64,000 nt of DNA from contig CM120640.1 of NCBI GenBank assembly GCA_051362555.1, forward strand, positions 43,130,788-43,194,787, in the 5' to 3' direction. Shown here in pieces: positions 25,788 to 39,474 of the stretch. A program made the position numbers and the translations under genes. The notes beneath the pieces are model-generated. The model saw nothing but the letters and a program-made list of their open reading frames with translations. It had not been told where the DNA came from and did not search any database. Within the stretch, counting starts at the first letter, position 1; every line of letters begins with the position of its first letter. Source of the stretch: Lingula anatina (Eukaryota > Animalia > Brachiopoda).

Positions 25788-26929
25788 TAAGTGCCATTTA
25801 CTTAGTATTTGGTCAGAACATGTGAATAATATTTATTGTAATAATAAGTAATTAGCTGGTACAGGGTGGAGCTGCCATCTATATGTTATTAGTTTATTAT
25901 CTTCTCCCATAGAACTTTTAACACACTAATTATATAAAGTATATACATTTTAACAATATTAGAATATTTGATCAAAAAAATAAAGAATGCTAGTTGCTGA
26001 TAGGAAGAATTTTTTCTATATTTCCTTATTTCCAAGTGTAAGCTTCATCTGTCCTCCCATCAGAAAATGTTTTCTGGAACAGTTTAATTTTGAATAATCT
26101 CACTCTCATTTCTTTCATGAACTTGGGTTTTCGAAGTAGGAAAAGGAAACTTACTTGGTGTAAATGTGTATAGTTTAATCATTTATCCTTGTATATAGTG
26201 ACGAAAATGTAATATCTCCATTTAAGAATGTCATTTGGTTTAATTTTTGTTGCAGCAGTGACTGCAGAAATTCTTGTCTGAATATAAGCATATGTATTAA
26301 CCTTGTAAATATATCATTATATTTAGTACTGTTGTTGTTGTTGTTTTTGATTAACCTTCAAGACTGGTATCGGCATTTATGTAATATTGAGATGTATGGG
26401 ATGAGTTTGAAACTGTCCCTACGAGCAATTACCCCAAAACCATAAGACTAATTTTACTGGAGGCTCAGTACGAAGTATACCCCTGATTAAGATTTGTATG
26501 TAGGTTATTTGGTCCCACTATGTTTGCCAGGTAAACAAAGCTGACCTAGTTGAAGGTGTTCCCCCACTGCCTGTGAGGAGCAATGATAATGTAGCTCAAA
26601 GTCCACTGGAAGAAAACCCCCATGCAAAGGGGTGTGACAAAACCAGCTGATAACAGAGAACACGTGATTGCTCTGTGTGCACTGTTTTAGTCACTATGTC
26701 AGTGGTGTTTCAGGCTACTTTTAGGGTTGCAATTCAAACTGATAACTGCGAGATGGCTATACCTGCATGATTATATAGGACAGGCAGTTGAAATACAGCT
26801 TTCATCCACTAATATTAGGTCTCAGGGCTTTATGCATTGGTGCACTGGGTCTATGTCCTACAAACAAAAGTGATGACTATTTCATGGTAATCTATTACAA
26901 ATCACTGACACTGCATAAAGAATAGAGAG

Positions 26930-29900
26930 ATGTATGTTTACATAGCAGTTGCCAGTTTGGTGGTACTTGTCCTCAAGTTCCTCCTGACTCCAGATCCAGA
27001 CCCAGTGTGTGGTGTCTATGTGAAGCCAGGGAAGTGGTTTACCCTAAAGTACTATGCATTTCTGCTCCTGCTTAAGTTGAGACAGAGGAGGAATGCTGCC
27101 AATGCTGAGAGGGCAGGGTATGGAGTGAGGTCGAGGAACTCGGCAGAGGAGATGGATCAGGCACAGAGTTTGCCCCCTGCGCAACCAAAGGTAGTGAGAT
27201 AGAATATTAATTTTATTTTTATTGACTGTTTTCAAAAATAACTTGTATTGGCAAATTGATAATATTTGAATTGATTTCATTTGCCATGCTTATATAAATC
27301 AAAAAGTGTGAAGAGTATTTTTGCTTCAAACAATACTAGCCATTAAATACAGAGTTAAAATGTTTTATATTCTTTATCTGAAAAATAATTGGTTTTGACA
27401 AGATTTTAGTAGCCAGCAAATGAAAAATATTTGTAATTTCTTGTGAAAAAAGTCTGCTATAATTGTTCCAGGCAGTGGATGCTGTCTACTTCAATGGAGG
27501 AAATGGGGAAGGTTGCTATTTTGTTGGTGCTACAGCAAGACGACACAAGAACATTGTACAGACACTGTTATATATCAGGGTATGTGTGGCTTATGCACCA
27601 AAGTACAGAGTTTTTATGGGGATCTTTCCTTTCTCTGATCCTCTGTTTTATCTCGGAGGTTGTTAAATCAAAGCTGCTATAAAAGCTAGGCTGTATCACT
27701 TGCATGTACCCATCAACATTCATTTGAAGTTAAATTTACAATAAAATGATGTTATACCAGAATCAACCTGGTCTGGAAACATGTTAATGCACCAAAGAAT
27801 TTCTGGGGCTGGGTTAAGTGCCATGCTAACTTTCTGTATATAGGTACAGCGCAACAAAAATATATTAATTAAGAAATAAAATTGTCCTTGTGTTCCTGTG
27901 TATCTTGAAGATTTTGGAGTTTCAATTTTTTTGTTCCAGTTTCCAGATTTAGGTCTTCTAGAACTGACCACTCTTCCAGACACTTCCCTCCAGGGTACAG
28001 AGGAAGGTACTTTTGCTGCTGGAGGATTAAAATTTGAAGCAGTGAAACCAATGCAGACATGGAACTTGACATTTGATGGGAATATGAGGTATCATCATAG
28101 TCTAGATATTATAGTTATTCTATAAAGGATACTCTGAAAAGTAAAAAAAAAAACTATAACTTACTGATGGTCTGATAACCACTTTACTTGACAATCATCG
28201 ATCACTTATGTTTTAAATGTTGCAGGTGAATTATTCCTGAAATCCCCAATTAATAGTTTGCATCCCCAATCACTTTCAGAATAGTGAGAACAGGAGAAGT
28301 AAAACATGTGAAGTTCTCACTGGTCTGGACTGCTACCACAGACTACTTTGACTTTGACACAGATATGGAGAACCATGCTCTGGCTCAGGCCATAGCCAGA
28401 GAGAGGTGGACACGGACATTCTTTGATGCATTAAAAGTGTAAGTTTTCTGTTGTATCGATTTTTTAAAAAATGCTGTTATTTGTTTGAATTTAACATGCA
28501 AGGGGGAATGCTTTAAAGTGTAACTTAAATTATATTGGATTAAGTAATATAATAACTAGTATGGTATAATTGTTTGCATGCATTCACTGAGTTTTTTTAA
28601 TTACTGAAACTCAGTATTACACAATAATAGTTTCTTTCTCCAAAGAGATGCTTTAAAAGATTATAATTATAATCATAGACCATTCAGTTGACATATGATA
28701 ACTGTCGAGAAAAAAATGTATACAATTTTGACAATGATTTATATCACAATATTTCTAATACTTTTTTATTAGAGCTCACCAGACCCACTATGAACAGTTT
28801 GGCAGGATTAGTGGCACAGTCCACATAGAGGGGGTGGGAGAGAAACAACTTGATGTTCAGGGAGTGAGAGACCATTCATATGGTAAGATAACAAGGGGAC
28901 AGGAAATTAAACACAAGCAGGGTGATAATGTTTCAACTTTTGTTTCTCTTGCACAGTGAGAATGAATCACGCAAGAGTTTTCAAAATATTATGCTCCCAT
29001 TCTTCTAATTAATGGATTTCCATTTATAAGTAATAGAAAAGCCTGGATAAGAAGTATCTAACAAGATTTTGATTTCCTGGTAAATTTGACTTCACCACAG
29101 GTAATATCAGAGACTGGAAAGATCTCCACCGCTACTGCATACAGTATATTCAGCTAGAGGACGGGACAGCTGTGTGCTTTGGGCTGATTTGTTTTCCCAA
29201 AACTATGAGCAGGTGAGGAATATGTCAATAATAATAATAATAAAACTGGGAGAGTAGAGTACTCATTAGACTTTCCAAATTGACATGTTCATTTCTCCCC
29301 CATATACAGTTTACAACTTAGGTCTGCTATGATAACGTAATAAATATATCAAGTGTCTTTTTGCCATTTTAGTGGATTTCCATTCATTGATACTTCCATA
29401 TTTTAGGTTACTTATTGGTTATGTGTTCCATCCTGATGGAAGGAAAGATATGGTGTCTTCCACTGATTTTGAATTCATTAAGTTTGGGCAAGATGGACAT
29501 CCACCAGATGTATTTAACTGTAGATTCACTGCAGGTTAGTGACTGTGTTAAGAATGTATTCACTGTATCTAGTACGGAGTGATTAAATATCTGATTAATT
29601 TACTGTTTTAAGCTCAAAAGTTGCTTTTTTGCTTGTTTTACCATAAATGCTCTAAAAGCTTAAACTATTTGATGGCCAAAGTTTCTTTATGCTCATTAAC
29701 ATCATTTCATACAAAGCCTCACCTGAGCCTTCAGTATCACACTGGCTGTAATCACATTCACGTTAAATGCAATAAACCCATTACATTGTGCTAGTTCATT
29801 AGACACAATCTCAGTCATGATCAACACAATCAGCAACATCAGACAACACAGTCATATCCTGAACAGCAGTCACATCCAGGACTGTCAGCAGTCAATTCCA

Positions 29901-30621
29901 GGACTAACAGTAGTCAAGCCAGACACAAAAAGCAATTATGCTCAGTACAATTATCAGTGGTACTTGACAACCAGATTTTCGTGTCTTCATATCACAGCAA
30001 AGAAAACCTATGCTTTAAGATGTGAAGTGGTGGACCAGGCCCACTTCTTCATAGGAGATGGACGAGATGCTCGGATCCATGAGCGCCTGTGTAAGTTCAC
30101 TGTCAATGGAGTCACTGGATGGGGAATTAGTGAGTGGGATTACAGGTGAGATAATGAATGAATGAAAAGATATGTGGTGGTATTACAAAAAAGATTGTAA
30201 ATTAGTTAATATACATTCTGATTAAGTGAATGTATTTAGTCATCCATAACAATTAGAATGAGAACTATTCCTAGTCGTATGGCAGTATATCTGTTGACTA
30301 ATCAATCCATATCATTACATAGAGAAAGGTCTCAGGTTGAGACTGCAATTTTAGTCAGGTGGTAATGTAAGTTCTTGTATCAGACTTATATGTAGTTCTC
30401 ACTCATTCTGATTGTTTTAAATGTGTAAAAGGCAGAATGAAAGTGATTTCTTAAATAATCAAAGAGATTTCTTAACTTATCAAAGAATTTCTCTATTTTT
30501 TTCTATCCTTTATGATTTCTGCTTATGTCAATGCTGCAGTAACTTTATATTGAAGTTTGATAAGTGACTTATCTTATTATGATTCAGGCACAATGCATTT
30601 CATCCTGATCATTTCGAGTGA
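26930..30621 (+). CDS. Uncharacterised N-terminally membrane-anchored protein, predicted beta-rich enzyme-like fold (AttH/CrtC/tocopherol-cyclase-like motifs), 9 exons
   Basis: Approximate exons 26930-27190, 27472-27579, 27940-28088, 28279-28437, 28773-28883, 29101-29212, 29407-29534, 29998-30145, 30588-30621. Motifs AVDAVYFNG, KPMQTWNLTFDG, HYEQFG, GVRDHSYG-NIRDW, GWGISEW; hydrophobic N-terminus. Fold call is inference. Confidence 0.8.
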
Positions 30622-31078
30622 ATGTGTGGTGGAGTATCTAAGAAAAAGTGACACTACCAGTTGCCTATTCATCAGTGTTTTTTCGAGATCTTTGACCCAC
30701 TATTGCCTCTAAATACATGCACCACAAGTCCAACAAGTGACATGGAAATTGGAGATTGCAGGCATTTGTGTTGTATCCAGTTCAGATTAACGGACAGAGA
30801 CTTAATAATAAAAAACGTCCCGTTTTCATTTGAGTATAAAAACTCTGGTCTCTTGCTAAAGGTACCAATGCAAATGCTTTCGATCTGTTGCATTTTTTTT
30901 TTAATTTTCAAATCATACATTTATTCGAAATCTTCATCAGTTGCCATATCAATAAATGTCACTAAGCCATTCGACTTTGATTTGTTAAATTAGAATAACG
31001 TGCACGGTTCTTATAAGAGATTGTTATTGAACTGTTTTGCAGAGTTTGTACTGATATAATGAAAAAGGAACCTTCAAA

Positions 31079-34000
31079 TTAACTTTGCTCTATTGTTGAG
31101 AATGTTTCGTGAGCGCACATTTCCGACAAGAGGTGTTGTAGGAATTCTTCCCTCCTCAAAACGCGTGGCATTTTAAACTGTTGGTTGTGGGTGCCATGCG
31201 ATAGTTTTGTTTTCAACTTTTGGAATGCTCCCTGTTTTACTTGGACAACATGCATTCCAGCAGCGCTTCCGTTTTTCCGCATCGTTTGGTAGACGTCAAA
31301 AACTTCGCACAGGCTTTCATCCACCTGAAAATATATCAACCATTTGGAATGGAAATATTTACTCAGAAGACGTGTGAATGATGGTCTATTTGTCATCTTG
31401 ATACAGTTCAAGTTGAACACTTTTATGTACACAATATTTATTATGCATCATTATCCCTTGGTGTTAAGTCTAGTATATATTTTACTTGCCTTATTTTTAT
31501 GACTTTGCGTCAGAATTTCACAGTCCACCTCCAAGAAGAGAACGTAATGATTGGTCCCCAGGGGACGGCCTAGAAAAAGCCCAAATATCATAAGTAAAAA
31601 AACAGGATACCCTCACAAAGAGGTATTTATACCATATTATATTGGCATTATACACCGACCCCAATTATGGTAACGATAAAATGAAATTATTTAATAAAAT
31701 AAGAAAAAAACTAGTACTCGAGACTTTAAACTATGTTTAGATATGCATTGTTAGTAATAATGTTAAATCTTGTTATTTGCCTTAATTATTTCTAAGTTTT
31801 GTGGGATGTCGGCATTAGACATTGGTTTGATAATCTAACATACATAATTCATTTATTCCTCTGGAATTTTTTAACAAATAACCAATCACTTAAATCTATA
31901 TAGTAGAGAAACTGTATATATACTAAATCTTACCCAACATTCTTTCAAAGACAACGCTTTCTGTCGCCGTGTAATCAATAAGTTTAATGCCTTCCCACGT
32001 CGCCTCTGCAAGTATTATGGCGTCGTAGAATACGCTCTCTGGTGTCTTCTCATTCTTAATATTTAACATCTGCCCTAGCCTGATAACAATCATACATAAA
32101 TCCTCAGGTAATTTTATGGAATAAGGATTCTTAAATACCATTGAACTAGATGCCCGAAAAGTGGTGTGTCATTGTAGAGTTTAATCAAAGGAGACGCGTT
32201 TCTCAGAACTTTTAGAGGGATGTTCTTATTCCAACTCTTTTGTTTTTTAGAATGCATGCCAGGTAAGACTTAATTAAAAACAAAGAACAGGGTCACTGTA
32301 TTATTTACCTATACTGAATCTCAATGACCGGGCACTGATAAAAGAAGTCGACCACTCTGACGATGTCCCCCAGCCTGTACCTGTACATCCCCCGCATGTT
32401 GGTCAGTACTAGCTCGTAGTCACGGCCTTTGACAACCTGGTGAAAGATAACAAATACTTGTAGCAAAAACAATAAAAATAAATAATGGTGATAATAATAA
32501 TAATAAGTTCAAGGTTTTGCTGGGTAATTGAAATATTGCAGCAATGGCAATTTTCACAAGAAGGACATACATTAAATTAATATTCTGCAAAAAATATATT
32601 TGCATTTACTAAATAATCAAACGAAGTACTTAATATCCATTATAAAGCTCCTAAACCACAACAATCTGGGCACTAAAAATGTGTTTCTTCCAAGCACGAT
32701 TTATGTACGTTATTATGTATTATGTATGTACATAATGATACGCTAAAACACACTTCAAACATGCATTGCGACTCGTTCAAAATCTCACCAGACGTATTTT
32801 AGGAAAAATAGTATTTTTTTAAGTTGAATCGTATATAATGAATATATATAATGGTTATTTAATATCTCACCTGATGCATAAGCAAAGTGTCTGGTTGTTC
32901 CTCTTCACAGTTCTCTGCTGGTATAAACTCATAGAAGTTCCACTGTGGAAGCATGACATAGGAATCATCGGCAGACATTGAAAAACCTATCATGCCCTCA
33001 GAAGCCAAATAAAGAGAGTTTCTAATTGGAAGACCTTTCGCATATTTTTCCTCTAAAAGCTTGGCATAATTTATATGACTTCCTGAGCGAATGCAACCGA
33101 TTCGCTCAACAAGGGGCCATATGCGACTTACTATCCCTTCAAATCCTTTACTGAACTCTGCTCTCAGTTCCATTGCTCGCTGTGGATCCGGTGATAACCG
33201 CTGGTTCAGATCAGATCGAATGCTGTCATCAATGGAGAGGGAAGGATCTATCTGCCCCTTTTCAATGTCATCACAAATTTGTTTCCAATCCTCTTCCAGA
33301 ACTTTGAAGAAGGTATAGCCCATTGAAGCCATAAAGGTATCAACCACGTTCACCTCTCGCTCTCTCGCGCCAAAGACGGCATGTATGTACATCGTTTCCC
33401 TCTCTTTGATATGTCCCAACTGAGCCGACAACGGGGTAGTTGTAAAAGGATAGCTTGCCCCTAAAAAGTTACTGATCGATCCCCTCGGCAGACCCTGCTT
33501 CCGGTCAGCGGGTGGCGAGCTGCCACGAACATAGATGACTCGCTTCAGAGCCAACATGTTCCAGTAATCTACTCCTTTGTAAAAGTAGTAACAAGCAGCA
33601 TCGAAAAAGAAGCGCCCTTTATAATCCTCTAAAATAGGCAGTCTCTTGTTTCTGCCGGTGGTTCCACTCGTCATAGCGAAAAATACCACTTTTTGGGACG
33701 ACAGGACATTTTCCTGGCCGTTATCTATCATATCAATGTAGGGTTCGAAGTGTGCGTAATTGGTCAGAGGGTGTGATTTGATGTACTCATTCGGAGAACT
33801 GAACGCCTTGAAGTTGTATTTCCTTCCGTAAAGGGTTTCAGCATTGCGCCTCATTACGCTGAAGAAGACATTTCTCTGTGTGTTTTGAATGTCTTTAGAC
33901 ATTTTTTGCAATTTTGGGAAAGATAGCTTTCCTACTATTATCATGAGGACAACAAAGAGATACTGGGTCAGGAGGCTGGTGAGCGCGTGTGATGATGACG

Positions 34001-34955
34001 GATTTCGCCGAGAGATGTCCAGACAAACTAAGCTGCATAGGGCTACAGTGGTGGCGCAAAGAGCTAGAAAAATATTTGCGTACAAAATCATCATTCCACT
34101 AAAAGACAAGCGTTATAAATATCACATATATATAATCACTGACACAATTTTCTAAATTATTTTCTTAGTTTTGTTTTCTTGGTATTTAAATGTAGGGAAC
34201 AAGTATGCCAACTTCTTTGTGTTACAGTGACAGGTGCCTGTTGCCCCGGTATGCGATGCCACGTGATATCACGATTAAAAAGCACCCCCTTAAAGCAATA
34301 AGGTTTAAAAAAAAAACAATAGGGTTAATTAAAAATGCTCTATTTAACCAGTCTTGAGATATAAGAGGAGACATAAACAACAGCGATACAGAATTTAAAT
34401 TGCAACCGCACACGCCAGCGATATATCTCTCTTTAAATAAATTATTTTTGTCAGATTTGACGTACAGGGTATGTTGTGGGATGACCTATTTTATAGGGTT
34501 GTGGGATGACCTATTCTTAGGGAAGTAGGACAGATTATTATTTGGTGGGAACAAATAATAATCTGTCCTACTTCCCTAAGTCTAGTACAAATATTGTTTA
34601 ACATCCATTGCTTAAGTCAGGTACCGGTACCAGTATGTCAATGGTTTTGTGAAAATTATCATAGTAAAATAGCGAAAAACGAATGTTTCCAATCCGAAAA
34701 TGATTCAGGAAAAAGAGATATATTAGCACTTCGTGAGTAAAAGAAATAATGGAAGTCAAGTTGACTTGTTACAGGAAAGAAAAGTTTGCTGAGATCTTGC
34801 ATAGTCCGTGACTTACCCGTGCAGACAAAAAGCGTCAAAGACGTGGAATACAGTTCTAAAGTCTTGTGGCACAACAGAACTGCGCAGACGGCAAATATTA
34901 CCCCACTTCCGAGAAATATAGTCCTCCATGATGCGTGTTTTCCTCTCACTGCCAT
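31079..34955 (-). CDS. GHDC: GH3 domain-containing protein (acyl-adenylate/amido-synthetase family) with N-terminal TM segments, 6 exons
   Basis: Exons 34955-34817, 34063-32871, ~32436-32309, ~32079-31934, ~31569-31490, 31324-31079. GH3 motifs AMTSGTTG, YLASEG, FYEFIP, YRYRLGD, QFKMPRV. Confidence 0.9.
34516..34580. repeat. Perfect 29-bp inverted repeat (hairpin, 7-nt loop) in GHDC intron 1
   Basis: cttagggaagtaggacagattattatttg-gtgggaa-caaataataatctgtcctacttccctaag. Confidence 0.9.
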
Positions 34956-37055
34956 GATAACTGCTGACAGAAGGGGGCGTTAAGTTTGTATTATATAACT
35001 AGGTCATTGCTTGAATCACAAGGATTGCATGGTGCCCCAATACGACAGGATCCTCTGTTCCCGTAAGTTTATCTGTTAAGTTTATCAATATGTGCATAAA
35101 TTAAGTGGGGCAATTCCCGTATCATGCTGCGTCTTGATTCAAGTTTCGAAAAAAAAACATTATAAATTATGCAGTCTCTCAGTGGGGGATGCATAATGGG
35201 TCCACGACAAAAATTGTACATGTATTGGGTGTGGCGCTGTATAATTTTATTTTTGGCTCAGAATCTGTCAGCAAAAATATGAAATATGATAGGCTCTTCT
35301 GCTTTTTTCATGCCTGTTGAGGGCCATAACTTTGCAACAAAGGGGGCAAATATTTAAACAAAAAGATAGTGTGGATTTACAAATTAAAAATTGAAATGCC
35401 TTATTGATATCTAAAGCTCAAATGGGCATTTACCTGATTAAAAATTGTATTTCTAGGCTAGACGGTACGGGCCTGAAAAACAGTTTTTATTTCCTCGGTG
35501 ATCTATACTCGGTTTGACACTGGATTATAATGGGCAAATGTATGACGGTTTATTTCAGGGTGGTTGTCCTATAAAACCAATGGGCCGTGACATTGATAGA
35601 GGGCGCCATAGTCAGAGAAAGGTGCGAAAAATTGACATTTTAGCCTTGTTATCAATATTTGGTCGGTAATAACGTAATTTTACATGTGACTTAAATCCCC
35701 AAAATCTCTGAATCAATCAACAATATTATTTTAAATAAGATAAATTATTTTGAAGGCTAAGGAACAAACATTCTCTTCATTATTATAATTGAAACATAGT
35801 CTACTTTTCTATACGATTGTGACAAATTTACTATGGTGGTGGTCTTTGGGCGATCGCATTTCTCTTTATATTGCACTGAATAAATTACAATTTTCCCTGT
35901 CCACTAAAAGGTATATTACTATCTGTCATATGAAGTCACATTTATATTGCTTTAATAAATGCCGTAATGCTGCCCATCAAATATCGTAAATAAAAAATTC
36001 TGGACCATCAAGCAACACTTTCTTTCAGTTACAAAAACTAGCTTAAAATGTATTTATTTCACACATTAAGTCTGCGAAGTGCAGGCTAAATGATGATTAA
36101 ATATTTGTAGAGATATGAAAATGCAAAATAAAACCGGGAAACGTATCTATTTGTCATCTTGCGCGACGCGCATCTATCCGCTAATATAGGCCTATATGAT
36201 TCCCATTACACGTGCATTTACTATTGATAAATTGGTTTATAAAACAGGTAATTGAAATATTATCAACATCAATATGTATAATCTATTAGGTGAGGTAACT
36301 TGTACAAGCATGTAACAAAACAGTTAAGATTTAATTCATAGAAAAAAGCCTTACCGTTCTAACGGGATACCAGATCCCTACACGGGCTTATTACTTCTCC
36401 GATATATTCATTTGTATACGTGAATAATTATACCAAAAAATGTTATATTTAATTTTAAAGCCCTCATCACAAAAAAATGGAAATATATCAATCAGTACAT
36501 GACAGTGTATGTTTGTGAGAAGTTAGTACACCTTAACGTCATGTTACAAGGCCGGGGTTTTGAATCGGACAGTGGATCTAATCTTACAAGAGTGAAAGAA
36601 ATCTCACACATGCCTTTACCTCACCCACCGTTGTTCAGACCCCTGAGACTACTGCGGCTAAACCTGCCGCAATATGTACTTTAAAAAATTAAATTGAATC
36701 TATTGATTTGCCATTGTGCAAAAGTCAAATTGTAAATTGGCAAAAAGGCTTACACTTTGCTTTATCTACTGATTAGTACAATGAACAGGTCTCAAATCAT
36801 TCTTGATAAAGCTGGGGCATAAAATAGCGCGCCTATTTTTTGTTTATTACAGAACAGATATCTAACTGTTGCTCAGGCTAACTACGAAGTGTAGGAGTCA
36901 ATATCATGCTATGCACAGAAAAATGTCGAAAAGCACATTGAAACGTTTGGAAATGGCAATTAAGTGTCTGTTGGTGGCTAGTTTTGACATTGCTCTTGAA
37001 TTAGATTCAGAGAAATCTTTCGACTTGGCATTTTGTATAATCCTTGTTGTAAACG

Positions 37056-39207
37056 TTAGCTCGTTGTAAGACTGACAACCCCACTGGAAGAATAAAACAT
37101 ACATGACAGACATTATTTTGTATTCTCAAGCAGGCCCCGAACCCCATTCTCGTCTGCTCCAGTAAAATTTCATTTAGACATGGCATCAATAGGGCTTTGA
37201 AACCCGGTTATGAGAAAGGCAGTACTATGCATGCAGCTAATATATGGATGTGAAAGCATGCATATAAATCCAGTAACATTTGCGGACATTAATCCCTCAT
37301 CCTCGATTTATTTTCTATCTCAGGGGAGGGGGGATCTAGAGGTATTTTCTGAGTCTTCCAAATTATTTTTGTTGATCCATCTTCCATTTTTGACCATATT
37401 CCGACCGAAAAAAAATTATATGCCCGTGAATGTAAACTTTAAAAATTTTGACCGTCTTCCAGAAGACAAAAGACTGCTTTCATCCGCCCTTTATCTATTC
37501 TTGTTGCCGAAAAAAATTATCGTAAAACACCGTCTGGCGAAGCAGTGGTACGCCCTATATTTTCAATCGCACAACATATGAGTCAAGCTGTTACGCTCGG
37601 TATAGACCCTGGTATCACAGGGGCCTCTAAAATAGTATAGAAAGAGAAAACAAAACGTGTGACAATTATAAAATTAATTTATCTATTTATTTTAGAATTT
37701 TAACGAGCGAAACTTGGGTAATAGACGCACTTACTCTACAATGATTCCGAGCTCTTTAGCAAAATCTTCGTCCTGGAAGAATGTGACATGTTCATTGCTG
37801 ATAAACTTATTAGTACATAAAATGAGTCGATGAACTATCTACGTGTCTGCTTCATAAATTTGCCTCACAGCTTTTAATTGTTTTGATTTTTTCTACTGTT
37901 ACATCATGATGCTCGATCTTATTGCGTTAGTTCCTATCAGTCAATAAATTGAAGTAAAGTGACTAAACCTATTAAGTGTGATTACATACGAAAGAATATT
38001 AAAATTAGTAATTATAATTAAAATTTGAGAGGATTTTGATGGATTTGTCTTACATGCTCCTTTCTGGCCCTTTCAATACGGCCCTCTATTATTTCCCACA
38101 ACTCTATGCCGCACACGTCCAAGGTGGTGACCAAGTCAAAAAACTCTCTTGGGCTTTTTGTTTGCTCGGCATAAGACAATTTTTCTACATCAGTGAAATG
38201 AACTTTCCGCGGCACACTAGGGATAAAACGATAAAAATATAACAGAACGTTTTCTCATTCTTTAGTTTTGGGATGAATTCTGCGCGCGTGCCTCCAGACA
38301 CCAGCTACCTTTGTTTATATTAAATGTGGTTATGTAAGAAACGTTAAAGTTTTTATTAGTGGATATAACATTGATAAATATTTTGATTGAAACACAGGTT
38401 ACTTACCAGACTTCATTGGCATCATCGGTCTGAATAAGAAAAGTATCAAATGTATGTAATTGTTTTTAAAAGCTATACAAGTTAAATTTTAATTAATAAG
38501 TGGGTCAAAATGAAAAAAAAATGACATGTAGGCTTATATTAGACCTTCTCTATGCTTGCTGGAAATGGAGGGAAATGTCATCACATTCTATATACTTAGT
38601 TCCCATTCAGTCGCTTTTGTTGTCAAATCTGAAACGTATTTATTTGACTTTTGTATGCTTACCTTAGAATCGATGTTCCTGTGCTTGATAAATTCACTGC
38701 AGCATTGAACTGCAAAAAACGCTAGGTAAGAGAGAACAAACATTGTCAACAAATCCGTTACTCTTTTAGCAAAAAAAATTGCCAAAGCAACCATTTCGTT
38801 GTTAAGACACTGACGTCATAAAGCTCTTGAAAGATGTCACAAGAGAATGTCGACAATACACGTCATGACGTCAAATTGTAATAGGGCTCAGATAGGAACT
38901 AAAACTCATATAAGCTTTGTCCAAAAAAGTAAACTAGACATCCCTTTGTGTCAAAATGGGCTATATTCTGAGCAAATATACAGACACTAAATAGCACAAA
39001 ATATTGATTGCAATAAGTTAAACATACTAGCATGAATGTCAAAATTGATAGAATCAGTGGCTTGATAAAACATCACTTCAGATTCATCGTCGATACGGCT
39101 ATTTATCGGTCAAGGAATTATCAACATCCCTCCTCTTCCCATAGTGATGAGTTTTGTGGAAGTGGTGTATCACGGGGATATTTACCTGCATGGTGGAAGA
39201 CGCACAT
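37056..39207 (-). CDS. Candidate small (~106 aa) multi-exon gene of unknown function
   Basis: In-phase coding exons 39207-39186, 38709-38663, 38429-38407, 38216-38054, 37772-37735, 37083-37056; donors GTAAAT, GTAAGC, GTAAGT, GTAAGA, GTAAGT; upstream TATA box and UTR exon. No family recognised. Confidence 0.55.
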
Positions 39208-39466
39208 GAAGTTGTTTTTTTTTAAGTACTGTATTTCAACAACAAACGGATTTTCGTCATATCTGCTTGTGTGCTGCACGTGAACATTCGTGAACAGTTT
39301 CAGCCACAACCTCTCAACTGAAATGAGTGATACCTGTTGTGATTTGCATGACAATAAGAAGCTCATCGCTGTGCGAGCTGTCGTCCAGAATACTCACTTG
39401 GCAGTTGAACTCAGTTGGATGAAGACGCAACAGTATGTGTAGTGCTGCAGCATGCTTCAGGTCGGG

Positions 39467-39474
39467 TTTTTATA
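39467..39474 (-). promoter_or_regulatory. TATA box of the candidate small gene
   Basis: TATAAAAA on the minus strand, ~70 nt upstream of a donor aa|GTGAGT at 39398. Confidence 0.45.

Noticed and set aside
34064-34109. ORF-track start MSFSGMMILY for the 416-aa GH3 ORF
   Set aside because: Probably intronic; exon 1 (phase 1) splices in frame to the acceptor at 34063.
35440-36400. Possible DNA-transposon remnant
   Set aside because: Repeat-like texture but I could not define matching TIRs or a TSD.
39098-39185. Minus-strand frame with HHYGKRRD resembling a neuropeptide cleavage site
   Set aside because: Lies just after a strong donor (intronic in the best model) and has no linked signal peptide.
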